This document shows, in pieces, positions 63,624-64,000 of a stretch of 64,000 nucleotides of DNA. The DNA lies in NCBI GenBank assembly GCA_965213685.1, contig CBDBZY010000007.1:32001-96000 (forward strand), in the 5' to 3' direction. This DNA comes from a bacterium (lineage in GTDB: Bacteria > UBA8248). The notes beneath the pieces are model-generated. The model was not told the origin of the DNA. It saw only the letters and a program-made list of their open reading frames with translations, and made no database searches. Each line of letters begins with the position of its first letter. Position 1 is the stretch's first letter. The position numbers and the translations under genes are program-made.

Positions 63624-63721
63624 ATGACGACAGCTCTGAGATTTGTTCTCGTGGCCGTGGTCCTCGCACTGCTGCCACTCAGCGCAATGGGCTTCCCCAG
63701 AAGATGCAACAAGAATCTTTT
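63624..63721 (+). CDS. First coding exon of a secreted or membrane protein (signal peptide); gene likely continues beyond the window
   Basis: AAAATG MTTALRFVLVAVVLALLPLSAMG/FPRRCNKNL followed by a GTGAGT donor, in a CpG-rich promoter region. Confidence 0.6.
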
Positions 63722-64000
63722 GTGAGTTATATGGAACTGTCCGGCCGCCCGGCCCCCCTTTTTGTCCCGCACGTCGGGTGCATTATGGCGTATAGCCGCA
63801 CTGTCGCGATACTGAGCATTGTCATCAAGTACATATACAGCACCGCTGGAGTAGCTGGGTAGGCGCATGTAAAGAGCTTCATGCATGGACGCGCCAGAAC
63901 ATGCATAGAAATACGAATAGTGCGCATACTCACACACCTCATTCTTCTCTAGTCTATTAAACTCTACTCCTTCTAACTCCACTCGGCAGTGTCAGACACC

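Noticed and set aside
63296-63982. 228-aa minus-strand ORF
   Set aside because: No recognisable domain; it overlaps a CpG-rich promoter and a better-supported plus-strand signal-peptide exon.

Overview
Eukaryotic, intron-rich animal DNA with GT-AG introns, microsatellite-filled introns and CpG-rich promoters. The gene and repeat style suggests a demosponge such as a freshwater sponge; this is an inference, not verified. Left to right: an intact-looking LINE ORF2 with an (ATA)n tail; a conventional actin followed by a tandem divergent actin (D-loop replaced, H73R, Q137T, R183C); RRN3/TIF-IA head-to-head with COX11; two paralogous multi-TM proteins resembling the APD1-4/DUF4793 luminal domain, one with a His/Gly/Trp N-tail and PPxY motifs; an intronless ankyrin protein of about 33 repeats; four PAF-acetylhydrolase (PLA2G7/PAFAH2-like) genes; an LRR gene head-to-head with a 22-kb NCLX/SLC8B1-like cation/Ca2+ exchanger gene; and the first exon of a secreted-protein gene. 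The exchanger introns hold TAG..CTA MITEs with 9-bp TSDs, minisatellites and three tRNA-shaped elements with different anticodons on a shared scaffold. Exon boundaries were read by eye, so some may be off by a few nt.
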